Position numbers and translations under genes: made by a program. From an uncultured Dehalococcoidia bacterium (GTDB lineage: Bacteria > Chloroflexota > Dehalococcoidia > Lucifugimonadales > UBA3495), in assembly GCA_950072105.1 (NCBI GenBank), contig CATMOE010000019.1, forward strand, positions 1-56,133: 56,133 bases of DNA, read 5' to 3'. Under the pieces are notes generated by a model. It made no database searches. It saw nothing but the letters and a program-made list of their open reading frames with translations, and was not told the DNA's origin. Below are positions 38,620-48,125 of the stretch, one piece after another. Within the stretch, counting starts at the first letter, position 1; each line of letters begins with the position of its first letter.

Positions 38620-40266
38620 GTGGAGCCGATCAACCAGATTGCCGCCGGGCTGGGGATCAAAGAAGAGCACCTCATCCCATTTGGCCGGTATAAAGCCAAG
38701 ATATCCATGGACGCTTTGAACGACGCGCCCACTCGGGAACGGCGGGGCAAACTCGTTGTAGTCACCGGTATGACCCCCACTCCGGCCGGAGAAGGCAAGA
38801 CCACCACTGCCATCGGCCTCACCCAAGGCATCGGGCGGTTGGGACACCGGGCGGTGGTGAACCTGAGAGAGCCATCTCTCGGCCCGATATTCGGGATCAA
38901 GGGCGGCGGCACCGGCGGCGGCAAAGCCCGGGTGGTCCCTGAAGATGAGATCAACATCCACTTTACCGGCGACGCCCACGCCGTCTCGTCGGCTCACAAC
39001 CTACTGGCGGCTCTGGTGGACAACGCCGTTTATCGAAACGAGGCGTCGGACATGGACGCCACCGGCATAGAATGGTCCAGGGTTACCGACGCGTCGGACC
39101 GGTCGTTGCGACAGGTCGTCGCCGGATTGGGTGGCAGCGGTAACAGCCCGCTGCGAGAGACCCGGTTCGACTTCGTAGCGGCGTCGGAGATCATGGCCGT
39201 CCTGGCTCTGTCCACCGGGCTGGAAGACCTGCGGTCCCGCATATCCCGGATCGTTGTCGGCACCTCCCGAGGCGGAGATCCGGTTTCCGTGGAGATGCTG
39301 GGGGTCACCGGCGCTCTGATGACCCTGCTACGTCAGGCCATCATCCCCAACATGGTGCAGACCCTGGAAGGTCAGCCCGCCTTCGTCCACACCGGCCCCT
39401 TCGGCAACATCGCCCACGGATGCAGTTCCGTGGTCTCCGACCAGCTGGCGCTGGCCTTCTCCGACTACGTGATAACCGAAGCCGGCTTCGGGTCGGACCT
39501 TGGGTTCGAGAAATTCATGCACATCAAAGCGCGGCAAAGCGGCCTGCTGCCCAGCGCAGTGGTCCTGGTCGCTTCGGTACGCGCCTTGCGATGGCACGGC
39601 GGTTCGACCCGCCGGGCATTGAGCCAACCCAACCTCGAGGCGGTGGTCGCGGGCGGCGCCAATCTGGCCCACCACGTCGGCATCGTCCGGTCATTTGGGC
39701 TGCCGGTGGTGGTGGCGATCAACAGATTCGACGGCGACAGCGCCGACGAGCTGAAAGCCGCCAAAGAGACCGCCCTGGAAGCGGAGGCGACAGATGCCGT
39801 GGAATGCTCCGGTTTCGCCGAAGGCGGGGAGGGCGGGGTAGCCCTGGCTGAAGCAGTGGTCCGCGCGGCCGCTGCCACTGGGAACGATTCGTCCATCCAG
39901 TACGCCTACCCTCTGGACGCTACCGTCCGGGACAAAGTCCTAGCCCTGGCGCAGAGGACCTACGGGGCCGACGACGTTAGTTGGACTGCGGAAGCCCGGC
40001 GTAAATTACGCTACTTCGAGTCCCAAGGATGGGGTTCGCTGCCCATCTGCATGGCCAAGACCCACCTTTCAATCTCCCACGACCCCACCCGGCGGGGAAG
40101 CCCGTCGGGCTACACCTTCCCCATATCCGACATCCGGGTGTCGGTGGGCGCCGGGTTCCTATACACCATGGCCGGCCGCATCGAAACCCTACCCGGTCTC
40201 CCCAGCCGCCCCCGCGCCTTGGACATGGACGTAGACGCCTCGGGAGAAGTAACCGGGCTAAGCTAA
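38620..40266 (+). CDS. fhs: Formate--tetrahydrofolate ligase
   Basis: TPAGEGKTT, REPSLGP.FG.KGG, HFTGD, GPFGNIAHG, TEAGFG.DLG.EKF and PICMAKT motifs. Confidence 0.96.
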   Translation: MEPINQIAAGLGIKEEHLIPFGRYKAKISMDALNDAPTRERRGKLVVVTGMTPTPAGEGKTTTAIGLTQGIGRLGHRAVVNLREPSLGPIFGIKGGGTGGGKARVVPEDEINIHFTGDAHAVSSAHNLLAALVDNAVYRNEASDMDATGIEWSRVTDASDRSLRQVVAGLGGSGNSPLRETRFDFVAASEIMAVLALSTGLEDLRSRISRIVVGTSRGGDPVSVEMLGVTGALMTLLRQAIIPNMVQTLEGQPAFVHTGPFGNIAHGCSSVVSDQLALAFSDYVITEAGFGSDLGFEKFMHIKARQSGLLPSAVVLVASVRALRWHGGSTRRALSQPNLEAVVAGGANLAHHVGIVRSFGLPVVVAINRFDGDSADELKAAKETALEAEATDAVECSGFAEGGEGGVALAEAVVRAAAATGNDSSIQYAYPLDATVRDKVLALAQRTYGADDVSWTAEARRKLRYFESQGWGSLPICMAKTHLSISHDPTRRGSPSGYTFPISDIRVSVGAGFLYTMAGRIETLPGLPSRPRALDMDVDASGEVTGLS

Positions 40267-40312
40267 CTTCTGTAATGTCTGCTTCTGTTTCAACCTGACG
40301 CCGGGCAATGAT

Positions 40313-40397
40313 TCACCCCCTCTCTAACTCTCCCCCATAAAGGAGGCGAGGACAAAATCCCTTCCCCCTGGACGGGGGAAGGTTAGGATGGGGGTGA
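40313..40397. repeat. Palindromic element (same family as 4262 and 45558)
   Basis: tcacccc-ctctctaactctcccccataaaggaggcgagg-acaaaa-tcccttccccctggacgggggaagg-ttaggat-gggggtga. Confidence 0.75.
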
Positions 40398-40485
40398 TGC
40401 ATTGTGCGCCACCCTCACTCGAATGGTCTGCCAGTAGCCGATGTATGCTATATTTGCCCCACTTCCCTAAATTAAGGAGCAAACA

Positions 40486-40806
40486 ATGATTTACGACTAT
40501 CGCGAATACACGTTCAAGCCCGGAAAAGTCCCCGAATACATGGCGGCGGTGGAAGATCTGTCCATCGGCATCCGAGCCAAATACGGTATCAAGCTGGCCG
40601 GTTGGTATTACAGCGACATCGGAGACCTGAACAAGGTGATACACATCTGGGGCTACCGGGACGTCGCCCACTTTGAAGAAGCCAAGGCCCAGGTCGCCAA
40701 AGACCCCGACTGGACCGGCAAGTACCTACCCAGAGTCGCCGGCCTCCTGGTATCCCAGAAAACCTACCTGATGCTCTCCCCCGACTTCGCCCCACAGCCG
40801 GCGTAG
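40486..40806 (+). CDS. NIPSNAP family protein
   Basis: MIYDYREYTFKPG, IGDLNKVIHIWGY and SPDFAP motifs; AAGGAG RBS. Confidence 0.92.
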   Translation: MIYDYREYTFKPGKVPEYMAAVEDLSIGIRAKYGIKLAGWYYSDIGDLNKVIHIWGYRDVAHFEEAKAQVAKDPDWTGKYLPRVAGLLVSQKTYLMLSPDFAPQPA

Positions 40807-40868
40807 GGTCAACAAACATGTGAAGCCTGGGTTCCGTGCACTGAAGGATCCGAGGAGTCACGGTTGAG

Positions 40869-41761
40869 ATGTATATGGTTATTAACCAGACCGGAGATAC
40901 GCAACAAGCGTTGGTTTCTTGCGCCTGGTTGGCCGGTCGCTTGGATGATCCCAAAGTACGGATGATCGAGGTTTCCTCAGCCAACGATGATGCCAAATAC
41001 CGTGCGGGCCATATTCCCGGCGCGGACTGGTGGTTTTGGAAGGACGCTTTGTGGCACGCCACAGACCGGGAGTTCATAACCCCGGAACAACTGGCCCGGC
41101 GTCTAGGGAGCATGGGCGTCTCCCCCACCGACACGGTGGTCATCTATGGCGACCCAGTCCAGTTTGGAACCTACGCATTTTGGGTTCTTACCATGGCCGG
41201 CCACAAAAACTTGCGATTGCTGGACGGAGGGCGGAAACGCTGGGTCGCCGAAGGCCGTCCCTTAAGCCAGAAATCGCCGGACTCCTCTCCGGTGGCCTAT
41301 ACGCCCGGAACGGTGGACTTCACCAGCCGGGTGGGCCGGGACGACGTGCGAGCCAAACTGGGCCAACCGGGGCGTCAATTGCTAGACGTGCGCGGCGGAG
41401 GAATACCGGGGTGAGCGGGTTAGTCCGCCTTCGGGAGATCTCCAGTTCGATTTCGATCACGGCGCTGAACGGACCGGACGAATACCCGGAGCGGCGCACC
41501 TCTTCTTTCGGGTAATTGTGAATGAGGACGACACTTTTCTATCCCCCGAGAAACTGGAGGGCATTCTGGAGCAGGCCGGAGCGGCCGCGGATGGAAGCAC
41601 AGAGTTAGTGACCTACTGCAGGTTAAGCCACCGGGCCACGTTGGCCTGGTTCGCCATTAAATTCCTACTGGGCCGGGAGAACGTGCTAGTCTACGACGGC
41701 TCTTGGACCGAATGGGGCAGCATCGTAGGGTTCCCGAGGGTTCCCGATAGAAAAAGACTGA
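40869..41761 (+). pseudogene. Tandem-rhodanese sulfurtransferase with two frameshifting lesions
   Basis: GHIPGA, LLDGG, LLDVR; a +1 shift near 41394 restores AEEYRGERV..GRIPGA..YCRLSHRA..YDGSWTEW. A 10-bp duplication (41727-41746) disrupts the GFPIEKD* end. Confidence 0.85.
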
Positions 41762-41858
41762 CGAAAATATGCCGGGGCACAATGCCGCGTTTCGGTTGGA
41801 CCACCACCAGAATCGAATCACTCCAGACAGATGGAAGCTGACGGCTGTCAGCTACTCC

Positions 41859-42959
41859 CTAGTTATGGCAACCCCGCGCCTGAATATCCCAAACAGTCTC
41901 CACCTTCCCGTCTCGGACCCCAATAAACCGGTCCCAGCGGCTGACGGTGGCGTCTTGTTGGGAGGGGATCAGGGTGATTTGGTCGCCTGGGGTTAGCTGG
42001 ATGCCGGAGTCCAGGTGGAGGATTACGTGGTCTGGGTCCATGGAATCTACGGTTACGCCGGGGAGGCCTTCTACTTCAGGCAAGCCACGGAGGGTGCTGA
42101 CGGCTTTTTGGCCAGCGTCGGCGATGGCGACTCCCGGACGGGGGGCGCTGATGACGGTGGTTAGGACCTTTCCCGAGTAGTGGAAATCGGTCATGTAGCC
42201 GTAGCCGGTTTCCATGACCAGGTAGCTGCCGCCCTGGACTTCCGTCACGCCGGGTATCTCCCCGGCCACGTCGTAGCTCCAGGTCTCTCCGGTGGAGACG
42301 ATCTCCACGGGTATCCCCGCCGCCACGATAGCGTCTTTCATGTCGATGACGTTCTGGATCACCCGGTAGCCTTCGGTAACCCGGTCCTCACGTTCGGGCA
42401 TGTCAGGGATCGTCTGGTGGCTCATGATGCCCTTGAAGGTCAACCCCGGCAGAGCGTCGATGGCCTTGGCCAAAGTCACCCCCTGCTCCATCTCCTGCAC
42501 GCCGCAGCGCCGCAGCCCCGTCTCTAACTCGATCACCACTCCCAGATCCACGCCCTGGGCTGCCGCCGCTTTGGACAGGTCCCGGGCGTTTTCGGCGTTG
42601 TCGCAGGCCACCAGCATCTCGGCCTGCCGGGCCAGCGAGCACAACCGGTCGATCTTCAATGGGGCCGCGACCTCGCTGGTGATGAATACGCTGGGTATCC
42701 CGCCATGGACCATGACCTCGGCCTCGGAGACTTTGGCCGAGCAAACGCCGCCTACGGTACCGCCCCGGCGGATCTGCCGGTGGGCCAGGGCCGGAGTTTT
42801 ATGGTTCTTGCTATGGGGGCGCAGCTTGCTGTCTCGGCCCTCGTAGTAATCAGCCATGACGTCCATGTTGTGATCCAGTGCGTCCATATCCAAGATCAGA
42901 CACGGCGTCTCCAATTCCTCTACGGGTGTTCCTGGCATTGGGCGGTATTGTTGTTCCAT
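41859..42959 (-). CDS. Fold-III PLP enzyme (DSD1/D-threonine aldolase-like) with the PLP lysine
   Basis: LETPCLILD, RPHSKNHK, RCGV, EVQGGSY and DAGQKA motifs; AAGGAG RBS. Confidence 0.9.
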   Translation of the reverse strand: MEQQYRPMPGTPVEELETPCLILDMDALDHNMDVMADYYEGRDSKLRPHSKNHKTPALAHRQIRRGGTVGGVCSAKVSEAEVMVHGGIPSVFITSEVAAPLKIDRLCSLARQAEMLVACDNAENARDLSKAAAAQGVDLGVVIELETGLRRCGVQEMEQGVTLAKAIDALPGLTFKGIMSHQTIPDMPEREDRVTEGYRVIQNVIDMKDAIVAAGIPVEIVSTGETWSYDVAGEIPGVTEVQGGSYLVMETGYGYMTDFHYSGKVLTTVISAPRPGVAIADAGQKAVSTLRGLPEVEGLPGVTVDSMDPDHVILHLDSGIQLTPGDQITLIPSQQDATVSRWDRFIGVRDGKVETVWDIQARGCHN

Positions 42960-42980
42960 GATTTTCTCCTTGTACGTATA

Positions 42981-43028
42981 AGCGGTCAGCCATTGGTCTC
43001 CTGACAGCTGTCGGCTGATAGCTGACAG
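42981..43028. repeat. Heptamer-armed inverted repeat
   Basis: agcggtcagccattgg...ctgacagctgtcggctgatagctgacag. Confidence 0.65.
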
Positions 43029-43035
43029 TTCAGAT

Positions 43036-44166
43036 TTAATCGAACCGTCCCCGGCCGGCGATGGGCCAGAATCCTTCCAGCTTGTCTCCCCGCACCGCTC
43101 TAACATAGTCGTATTGGTTGAAACAAAGGCCCAGATTAAAGGGGACCAGCCAGGCTTTGTCGCCCGACTTCATGTTTTGGGCGGGGCCGCTTTGCAGATC
43201 CAGAACACCGTGCTCGGCGCTGAAGCGGACGGCTTGGGCCCCAGCGACTCCCTCCAGCACCGCCAACCCACGGTCGGGTCCGGTGGCCTTGTGCCCGGCG
43301 TCCAACACCGCCGACTCGCCGGTCGGACGGCTGATGACGGCCGCCAGAACCTTGGCCGCCGGACTGAACTCGGGGCGCATACGGCAATACAGATGGTCCA
43401 TCAGTGGGTATGACCCGGCCTGCACTTCGGTGATTCCCGCCATCCCGGCGGCGACGTCGTAGTTGTGGGTGCCCCCAACGCTGACTACCGAGACCGGCAG
43501 GCTGTTTTTTTCGATAAGCTCCCGGGTCTCGAGCACATGTTGGAGCACTTGCCACGACGTGGCGTCCCGCTCCTGCCGCTCAGGGAAATCACTTGCCTCG
43601 CTGCTGAATGACGGCAACGGAGCGATGGCCATGATTCCGTCAAATCTTAGTCCCGGGGAGTTGGCAACGGCCCTGGCGAGCTCCAACGCTTCGTCCCCGG
43701 GGGCGACGCCGCAACGTCCCAATCCCACGTCCAACTCGACAAGAACGCCCAGGGTGACGCCTTGAGCTTCGGCCGCCTGGGATAGGTCGGACACGTTTTG
43801 CGGATTATCCACCGCCACGCCGATCCGGTTGGACCCGGCCAGGGTGCAAAGCCGCCTGATCTTGGACCGGGTCACGATCTGGCTGGACACCAGAATGTCG
43901 GTGATACCGGCGTCGCTGAACACCTCCGCCTCGCCCACGCTGGTTACACTGATTCCTCCCACCGTGTTGGCGGCTTGTAACTGCCGGTGGGCGATCTTGG
44001 GAGTTTGATGCCCGGTAACGTGGGGGCGTACCTTTGCGCTAGACTGATCAAACCTGCCATGCAAGGTCTCGATGTTCCGGTCCATGACATCCAGATCCAC
44101 CACCAACGCCGGGGTGTCCAGGTCCATTACCGGGGTTCCCGTGGGCTGAAAAACTGGCCGCTCCAT
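43036..44166 (-). CDS. Fold-III PLP-enzyme homolog lacking the PLP lysine
   Basis: LDTPALVVD, RPHVTGHQ (K>T), GRCGV, GGT, EVQAGSY, DAGHKA and SAEHG motifs. Confidence 0.9.
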   Translation of the reverse strand: MERPVFQPTGTPVMDLDTPALVVDLDVMDRNIETLHGRFDQSSAKVRPHVTGHQTPKIAHRQLQAANTVGGISVTSVGEAEVFSDAGITDILVSSQIVTRSKIRRLCTLAGSNRIGVAVDNPQNVSDLSQAAEAQGVTLGVLVELDVGLGRCGVAPGDEALELARAVANSPGLRFDGIMAIAPLPSFSSEASDFPERQERDATSWQVLQHVLETRELIEKNSLPVSVVSVGGTHNYDVAAGMAGITEVQAGSYPLMDHLYCRMRPEFSPAAKVLAAVISRPTGESAVLDAGHKATGPDRGLAVLEGVAGAQAVRFSAEHGVLDLQSGPAQNMKSGDKAWLVPFNLGLCFNQYDYVRAVRGDKLEGFWPIAGRGRFD

Positions 44167-44429
44167 AGAGCCCTCCCTTATTCCCGTTAAACCGCTTCTG
44201 GCCGTTCGGCGATGACGGGTTTATGTCAACCGCCGGATTCAGAACACCTGAAGAATACCATAAACGTAGCTTCGGGACAGCCTCGGATCGCCGGTGATGG
44301 ACGGGCAAGCAGTTCCATTTTCGTCGCGCCTCGAAGGCGTTTTCCGATTGCAATTCCTTCCTGCCGATGACACAATGTCTAGCGCCGCTGGAGTATCCCG
44401 CAAGCGGCGCCCCGATTCAGGAGGAGTTC

Positions 44430-45776
44430 TTGACCACCGAATCTTCGAATAACGGTTCGCTGCCCGGATTGCTGGAAGGCGTCCGGGTCATCGACCTTAC
44501 CCACTACATCTCCGGTCCCTACTGCACCAAGCTGATGGCCACTTTGGGCGCCGAGGTTATCAAGATAGAACGCCCTGGCTCCGGAGATCCCATACGCCGA
44601 TTTGGACCGGCCCTCACCCCAACCCCTCTCCCTGAGGGAGAGGGGCAGAAGGGGGATGGGGCATGGTTCCTGTATTTGAACACGTCCAAGAAGAGTTTGA
44701 CGTTGGATCTCGGTTCCGATGCTGGCAAAGACATCCTCCGAAGTCTTGTGTCCTCCGCCCAGATCGTCGTGGAAAATTTCGCTCCGGGAACCATGGACAA
44801 GCTGGGCCTGGGGTACTCAGACCTAGAAAAACTGAATCCCAGTCTGGTTATGACGTCAATCTCGAACTACGGACAGACCGGTCCCTACCGCGATTGGAAG
44901 GCCACCGAGCTCAACCTGTACGCCGCGGGCGGATTGATGTACATCACCGGCGAACCGGACTCGGAGCCCCTGAAGGAAGGCGCGCCCCTGGCTCAACTAG
45001 GCGCCGGCCAGACCGCCTTCGTAGCAACCATGGGCGCCTTGATGCACGCGGAAGACACTGGTCAGGGCCAGCACATCGACGTGTCCATATCCGATTATGC
45101 CACCAACATCCTGGAAAACGCGATGATGCAGTACAGTTACTCGGGAGAGGAGTACACCAGAGTGGGGAACCGGGGCTACGGCCGGGCGGCTTGGGGTATC
45201 TATCCCTGCCAGGACGGCTATGTAGGCATCATTTCCGGTCCCGACACTCGCTGGCCCGAGGTCGCCGGGATCATGGAAAGGGAGGAGTTGTCCGATCCAC
45301 GGTTCGCTTCCCGAAACGGACGCCTGATCAACGCCGACGAGGTCGACGCCCTGATGCTTCCCTGGCTGCTGGACCACGACAAGGTGGACATTTTCAAAGC
45401 GGGCCAAGAGGCCGGCTTAGGATTCGGATTTGTCGCCACCATGGAAGACATCTTGGAGATGGAACAGCTCATCGCCCGGGATTACTTCGTGGAACTGGAC
45501 CATGGCGCCGCCGGTACGTTCAAGTACCCCGGCGCGCCCATCAGGATGACATCCTCGACCTCCCCTCAATCCTCTCCTTCGCAAGAAAGCGAGGCTGCCG
45601 CGTCCCCTCTTCGTAAGGAGGAACCACAGGGAGGTCATCCCACCGGACAGGCGCAAGACCACTGGGTCTACCGGAGAGCCCCATATCTGGGAGAGCACTC
45701 GGAGGAGATATTGGGGGTTGCGCTGGGACATCCAGCCGCCGAGATAGCCCGTCTTCGCGACCAGGGAGTCATCTAG
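44430..45776 (+). CDS. Family III CoA-transferase subunit lacking the catalytic Asp, with in-frame palindrome insertions
   Basis: LEGVRVIDL..SGP, NTSKKSLTLDL, ENFAPG and SNYGQTGP motifs; the Asp position reads AQLGAG; GGAGGAG RBS before TTG. Confidence 0.92.
   Translation: MTTESSNNGSLPGLLEGVRVIDLTHYISGPYCTKLMATLGAEVIKIERPGSGDPIRRFGPALTPTPLPEGEGQKGDGAWFLYLNTSKKSLTLDLGSDAGKDILRSLVSSAQIVVENFAPGTMDKLGLGYSDLEKLNPSLVMTSISNYGQTGPYRDWKATELNLYAAGGLMYITGEPDSEPLKEGAPLAQLGAGQTAFVATMGALMHAEDTGQGQHIDVSISDYATNILENAMMQYSYSGEEYTRVGNRGYGRAAWGIYPCQDGYVGIISGPDTRWPEVAGIMEREELSDPRFASRNGRLINADEVDALMLPWLLDHDKVDIFKAGQEAGLGFGFVATMEDILEMEQLIARDYFVELDHGAAGTFKYPGAPIRMTSSTSPQSSPSQESEAAASPLRKEEPQGGHPTGQAQDHWVYRRAPYLGEHSEEILGVALGHPAAEIARLRDQGVI
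44611..44645. repeat. Palindromic element inside a CDS (encodes LTPTPLPEGEG)
   Basis: ccctcaccccaacccctctccctgagggagagggg. Confidence 0.8.
45558..45635. repeat. Palindromic element inside a CDS (encodes TSPQSSPSQESEAAASPLRKEEPQGG)
   Basis: acctccc...gggaggt termini and two internal hairpins; same architecture as the intergenic copy at 40313-40397. Confidence 0.75.
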
Positions 45777-45808
45777 TACTCAGTTTTGGAAACCGCCGCC
45801 AGAAGCAC

Positions 45809-45876
45809 CCGTTCGCCCTGAGCTTGTCGAAGGGTCCTTCCGCGGAAACATGGTTCGACAGGCTCACCACGAACGG
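45809..45876. repeat. REP-like element (CGTTCG..TGAGCTTGTCGAA/TTCGACAGGCTCA..CGAACGG)
   Basis: Inverted arms; a second copy lies at 51271-51339. Confidence 0.8.
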
Positions 45877-45916
45877 TGATTGTAGAGTTGATCATTGAAT
45901 TGGAAGGAAGCACTAT

Positions 45917-47218
45917 TTGACCACCAACCATCAAATTGAAGGCGCAGACTCCAACCAGCCTCTCAAGAACTATCGTGTCCTGGACCTGTCCCGCATCTGG
46001 GCCGGTCCCTACTGCACCAAGCTGATGGCAGACATGGGCGCGGAGATCATCAAGATGGAATCGCTGAGCGTCTACGATTCCCATCGCGGCCCCATCAACC
46101 CGGCCAGAGGTATCGCCGCCTACCCCGATGGCGAACCCGGTGACGAGCCCTGGAACCGTAACGGCTGGTTCAATTGCCTGCACTTGAATAAGTACGGCAT
46201 CACCCTGGAACTGACGTCGGAAACTGGGCGTAATGTCTTCGATCAACTGGTGTCCATCAGCGACGTGGTGATTGAAAACTTCCGGCAAGGAAGTCTGGAA
46301 CGTCTTGGGTACAGCTACGAGACGCTGCGCCGCCTCCGCCCCGACCTGATCTACGTCTCCATGCCCGCTTTTGGGAACAGCGGTCCTTGGCAGAAATACC
46401 TGGCCTACGGCATCGGCCAGGAGCAGCTATCGGGAATGGCCCACATGACGGGATACCGGGGAGAGGGTCCGATGAAGTCGGGGATCAACCACGGCGACCC
46501 CATCACCGGCTCCCACGCCGCCGGCGTGCTGTTGGCCGCCCTGCGATACCGGAAGCGCACCGGCAAGGGAATGTACATCGACGTGTCCCAGCAGGAATCG
46601 GCGGTGTCGTTGATCGGGGCCGATGTGCTGACCTACCAATTGACCGGAGAGGAACCACAGCGCCGCGGCAACCGTTCGCCCTACTTCGCGCCCCACAACA
46701 GCTATCGCTGCGCCGGAGAGGACCGTTGGGTGGCCATTGCCGTAACCAATGACGAGGAGTGGCGGCAACTGGCCCAGTTGGTGGGCGGCCCGGAACTGGC
46801 GGGCGACCCCAGTTTCGCCACTTTGGACGGGCGACTGGAAAATGAGGACCAACTGGACGAGCTGATCTCCGGATGGACCGCTAACAAAAAAGCCTATGAC
46901 CTCTGCCACCTGCTACAGCGGGAGGGCGTGCCAGCCAGTCCGGTAATGGGCGGTCCGGACCTGCTGGCCGACCCCCACTATGCGGCCAGGGGCACCTTCG
47001 TTCGGGTCAACCATGAGCAGGTAGGTGAAAAGACCTACCCCGGCATACCTTGGAAGATGTCGGCAACCCCCGGACAAGTGCGATGGGCGTCCCCGACTTT
47101 GGGCCAACACAACCGCCAGATATACGGCGATCTGCTGGGCATGGCGCCCGACGACATCACGTCCCTTGAGGAGCAAGGTATAATCGGGACCAAACCCACC
47201 GGTTCGAGAATCATTTAG
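45917..47218 (+). CDS. Family III CoA-transferase, Asp-containing subunit
   Basis: LDLSRIWAGP, ENFRQG, FGNSGP and NHGDPITG motifs. Confidence 0.92.
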   Translation: MTTNHQIEGADSNQPLKNYRVLDLSRIWAGPYCTKLMADMGAEIIKMESLSVYDSHRGPINPARGIAAYPDGEPGDEPWNRNGWFNCLHLNKYGITLELTSETGRNVFDQLVSISDVVIENFRQGSLERLGYSYETLRRLRPDLIYVSMPAFGNSGPWQKYLAYGIGQEQLSGMAHMTGYRGEGPMKSGINHGDPITGSHAAGVLLAALRYRKRTGKGMYIDVSQQESAVSLIGADVLTYQLTGEEPQRRGNRSPYFAPHNSYRCAGEDRWVAIAVTNDEEWRQLAQLVGGPELAGDPSFATLDGRLENEDQLDELISGWTANKKAYDLCHLLQREGVPASPVMGGPDLLADPHYAARGTFVRVNHEQVGEKTYPGIPWKMSATPGQVRWASPTLGQHNRQIYGDLLGMAPDDITSLEEQGIIGTKPTGSRII

Positions 47219-47291
47219 CTTACAGCAGTCGGCCATCGGCTATCAGCCGTGGCCGGCCAATATACCTGAATAAAATCTATGAGGTGGACAC

Positions 47292-48053
47292 ATGGCCGAC
47301 GAAGCACTATACGAAATCAAAGATGGCATCGCCTATATCACCATGAACCGGCCGGAGAAGCTTAACGCGATCGACCCGGAGATGCGGCAGATTCTTTGGG
47401 ACTCGTTTCAAGACGTGAAAAACAACCCGGAGGTACGTTGCGCCATCGTGACCGGCGCCGGCCGGGCTTTCTCCACCGGCCACGACTTGGTGGCGATGGC
47501 CAATGCTCGAGCCAATGAAGGCCCAAGCACCGGCGACCTCTACGTTGTTCAAGCCAATATCTGGAAACCAATCATCGCCGCCATCAACGGCATCTGCCTT
47601 GCCCAAGGTTGTGGCATCGCCCTAGGCAGCGATATCCGAATAGCCTCCACGGAAGCCCAGTTCGGCTGGCCTCAGGCCAAGCGGGGGATATCATCGGTTA
47701 GCGGACCGGCCCTGCTTTCCCAGGTCGTGCCGCGAAACATCGCCTTTGAATTCTTGTTCACCGGTGATTTCGTGGACGCCCAACGGGCGCTTGACCTGAT
47801 GCTGGTCAACTACGTCGTACCGCCGGAAGAGGTAATGCCCAAAGCGGAAGAATTAGCCCGTAAGATGATCGCCAACGCTCCGCTGTCCCTGGCCGCCATT
47901 AAAGAAGCGTCGATCAAGGGGTCCGAGATGGGGCTGGAAGAGCGGGTGGCTTTCGCCCAAAAGAAGCGGGACGAGGTATTGCAAAGCGACGACGCCAAAG
48001 AAGGGGTAAAAGCCTTCACCGAGAAGCGGGCCCCGGTTTGGACGGGACGGTAA
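47292..48053 (+). CDS. Enoyl-CoA hydratase/isomerase (crotonase) superfamily protein
   Basis: NRPEKLNA, AFSTGHDL, KPIIAAING and EGVKAFTEKR motifs; both canonical Glu positions are substituted. Confidence 0.92.
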   Translation: MADEALYEIKDGIAYITMNRPEKLNAIDPEMRQILWDSFQDVKNNPEVRCAIVTGAGRAFSTGHDLVAMANARANEGPSTGDLYVVQANIWKPIIAAINGICLAQGCGIALGSDIRIASTEAQFGWPQAKRGISSVSGPALLSQVVPRNIAFEFLFTGDFVDAQRALDLMLVNYVVPPEEVMPKAEELARKMIANAPLSLAAIKEASIKGSEMGLEERVAFAQKKRDEVLQSDDAKEGVKAFTEKRAPVWTGR

Positions 48054-48125
48054 GTCCTGATTCACGAAAAAATCGCTGACAATCGGGCGTTGATTAATCA
48101 ATCGACGCCCGGCTAGCATTGGCCC

